Shown here one piece after another: positions 61,964-64,000 of a stretch of DNA of 64,000 nucleotides. A program made the position numbers and the translations under genes. Within the stretch, counting starts at the first letter, position 1. Each line of letters starts with the position of its first letter. Below the pieces are notes generated by a model. That model was not told where the DNA came from, did not search any database, and was given only the letters and a program-made list of their open reading frames with translations. This stretch comes from an uncultured Candidatus Saccharibacteria bacterium (GTDB taxonomy: Bacteria; Patescibacteriota; Minisyncoccia; Minisyncoccales; JAGGSE01): NCBI GenBank assembly GCA_964591195.1, contig CAZPZY010000001.1, forward strand, positions 7,111 through 71,110, written 5' to 3'.

Positions 61964-64000
61964 TTAGGTCTGGCCCTTTTTGTCTTCGGTTGCCCATTTG
62001 TTTATTTTATCTTCCAATTTTCCTATTTTGCCTTCCAATGTTTTTTGCTCGCTTATATCCTTTAATTCCTCGTTAGCCAATCTTTCCGGATTCTTCTTCA
62101 GGGCTTTTTCTAAATTCTTTCTTTGCTCTTCTTTCAGTTGGTTAAATGCCTCCTCAAAGGCACTTCTAATCTCCGGACTAAGGCGGTTCAGTTTATCCTG
62201 CCAGGCATTTATCTGCTGGAGGCTTATCTTTTCAGGGGCAAAAAGACCGGATTCCGGGGCAAACATAGAGGTCAGATAGGTAGCCATTGTGGGATTATTG
62301 ACCACATACCACATAGTTCCCCTTTCTTTTGCTCCCTCCATATACTTGTCGGCAAACATTTTCTTAAATATCTTGATTGCTGCAACGTTGTTTTCTGGTA
62401 GCCAGTATTTGTGGATTGCATCCCATACCTCTTTGACTGACCGGTCATATTTTTCTTTTCTCTTATTAAATTCTTCATCTGATTCCCCGGCTCGCTTTTC
62501 TGGACCCTTTCCTAAACCCAAAGATTCGGCACTCATATCTCCTACTGCCTCCGGCTTTATTCCCTTTATTATCTGAGGAATAAAGGAGTAGTTTTCCTTG
62601 ATGAATTTGTTCATTAGTTTCTCTGCCTCCTTTTCTTCTCCTTTCTCTCGGAGTTCTTCTATATTGCTTAACTCCTTTTCTTTACCTTTTTCCCGGGCTA
62701 TCTTCAGAAGTTCCTCTCTTGATGGCTCTGTTATACCCATTCTTTTTCTTATCTCTGAATTTAATTTTGTAGCCACATCGTCGATATAATGGGGGTTGGC
62801 TCTGGCTATTATGTTAAAGGCAGTTCGGTTTCCTATTAGCGCCGCCTCGCCCATATCCCTTTTTATCTGCTCCTCAAATTTTTCTTTTTCTTCTGGCTTC
62901 ATTAACATTTTAGCGTCGTCCAAATTATTGTCATGGATCATTGCCTGGAGGACTCCTATCCGTTCTCCCCTGGTAGCAGTAGGTTTGTTGTATGCCTTTA
63001 ATTGTTCCTCAACCGGTTTGCCTGAGTTTTCTCTAAAGGTCCTGGATATATCCTCTTTTTCTATTCTGGCTGGGGCGCTGAGTGTCCTGCCAAGGCTCTG
63101 TTTAGCCACAATATAGGGAGAAGCGGCTACTGTTCCCAACTGACCTAGCCTTCTTTTCATCCATCCCTTGGCTCCTGCCTCTCCTTTTCCGTATTGGGTC
63201 CACTTTGGCATATATCTTGCCCACTCTTCTCCTTTTCTTCTTACCTTTTCCGGCATTGCTTCTCCAACCTTTTTTCCTGCCCATTTAGCGCCCGTTTGAG
63301 CCATCTTTCCTATGGCCTCACTTCCCGGCAAGATCTTTACACCTTCACTAGCGGCTGAGATTGTGGCGAAGAAACCTACCAAAAGAATGAAAATAGGAAA
63401 GATATATCTATAAAGCCCGGCAAGGATACTTGGTGCTGGAGAGGTTGTGATTACCCAGTCAACCATTGACTTGTTTGCTAAAAAGATAAAGAAAGCGCCA
63501 AAGATACCAATGACACACCATTGGATAAAGGAGGTCCACCAGTTGTCCCAGTAGAGAAATCCAGGGAAAAACATCTTTATGTACCTGTTTGGACCAAAGA
63601 CCCGGCTAACAAAGGCAATGGGCGAGAAAATGATTAAAATCCACAAAAAGACATATCTTGTTAAAAACAAAAGGCAGTAAAGAACTATTACCACAATGGC
63701 AACAATGCCGAAAATGATAAAGACCAAGGCGTCAATTATTGCCTTTAGAGGATCTTTTCCTCCCTGTTCTTGCAAGCCATTGCTTATGGCTTGGACAAAA
63801 CTGTTGTTAAACCCTCCTGTTAAGAGATGCTTCATTAAATAATTTGAAAAATCAATAATCCATCCGCAGATAACCGGGGTAAAATTAATTAAAAGGGCAA
63901 TGATAATAAGAACCGGCAGTGTCCTTTTTGCCTCATATTCCTTGATTCCTAAAATAATTCCCAGGGCTATGACAATCAGGCCAAGGACAAGGAAGATATT
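61964..64000 (-). CDS. large polytopic membrane protein with long coiled-coil hydrophilic C-terminal domain (VirB6/TrbL-like candidate); 5' end lies beyond the window
   Basis: Minus-strand frame stays open upstream of the annotated M (…NIFLVLGLIVIALGIILG…IDFSNYL-MKHLL…) to the window edge; multiple TM helices then a ~450-aa charged region. Confidence 0.5.
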   Translation of the reverse strand, partial: NIFLVLGLIVIALGIILGIKEYEAKRTLPVLIIIALLINFTPVICGWIIDFSNYLMKHLLTGGFNNSFVQAISNGLQEQGGKDPLKAIIDALVFIIFGIVAIVVIVLYCLLFLTRYVFLWILIIFSPIAFVSRVFGPNRYIKMFFPGFLYWDNWWTSFIQWCVIGIFGAFFIFLANKSMVDWVITTSPAPSILAGLYRYIFPIFILLVGFFATISAASEGVKILPGSEAIGKMAQTGAKWAGKKVGEAMPEKVRRKGEEWARYMPKWTQYGKGEAGAKGWMKRRLGQLGTVAASPYIVAKQSLGRTLSAPARIEKEDISRTFRENSGKPVEEQLKAYNKPTATRGERIGVLQAMIHDNNLDDAKMLMKPEEKEKFEEQIKRDMGEAALIGNRTAFNIIARANPHYIDDVATKLNSEIRKRMGITEPSREELLKIAREKGKEKELSNIEELREKGEEKEAEKLMNKFIKENYSFIPQIIKGIKPEAVGDMSAESLGLGKGPEKRAGESDEEFNKRKEKYDRSVKEVWDAIHKYWLPENNVAAIKIFKKMFADKYMEGAKERGTMWYVVNNPTMATYLTSMFAPESGLFAPEKISLQQINAWQDKLNRLSPEIRSAFEEAFNQLKEEQRKNLEKALKKNPERLANEELKDISEQKTLEGKIGKLEDKINKWATEDKKGQT

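Overview
This 64-kb window is low-GC, densely coding bacterial chromosome. Bacterial-type rpoC, ftsK, dnaA, recA, ssb, rpmH-rnpA-yidC-jag and ribosomal protein genes establish that. The gene content (archaeal-type Elp3, RtcB/archease, class I LysRS, EndoQ-like PHP nuclease, archaeal-type UMP kinase, mevalonate pathway, LTD and LVIVD surface proteins, weak or absent Shine-Dalgarno sequences, leaderless-looking promoters) is most consistent with a CPR/Patescibacteria-like lineage. This lineage call is inference.

Main content:
- the chromosomal origin region, with dnaA flanked on both sides by DnaA-box clusters;
- a complete classical mevalonate pathway split over two loci;
- co-localised with the second locus, a UbiA prenyltransferase, a terpene-cyclase-like alpha/alpha-toroid protein, a geranylgeranyl reductase and a GGPP synthase. 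This is an archaeal-flavoured isoprenoid-lipid module, sitting about 1 kb from bacterial fatty-acyl lipid genes (fabK-like, two plsC, a full acyl-CoA carboxylase with an HTH-less birA);
- an FMN riboswitch with its terminator in front of ribE-ribH-ribB;
- a structured leader or ncRNA candidate in front of trpS;
- a six-gene signalling operon: a 7-blade LVIVD propeller, a circularly permuted metal-site-less MBL-fold protein, a HAMP sensor, a histidine kinase translationally coupled to the sensor, and two single-domain response regulators;
- a VirB4-centred T4SS-like membrane module at the 3' end;
- a family of four large AT-rich imperfect palindromic intergenic repeats. Two copies are >95% identical, and one is interrupted by a 99-bp insert with perfect 8-bp terminal inverted repeats.

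Two domain fusions stand out: archaeal UMP kinase fused to a nucleotidyltransferase, and NadC fused to an unknown C-terminal domain. rpmH (56482..56616) is too short to appear in the ORF track but is clearly present. No tRNA, rRNA or CRISPR arrays were found.
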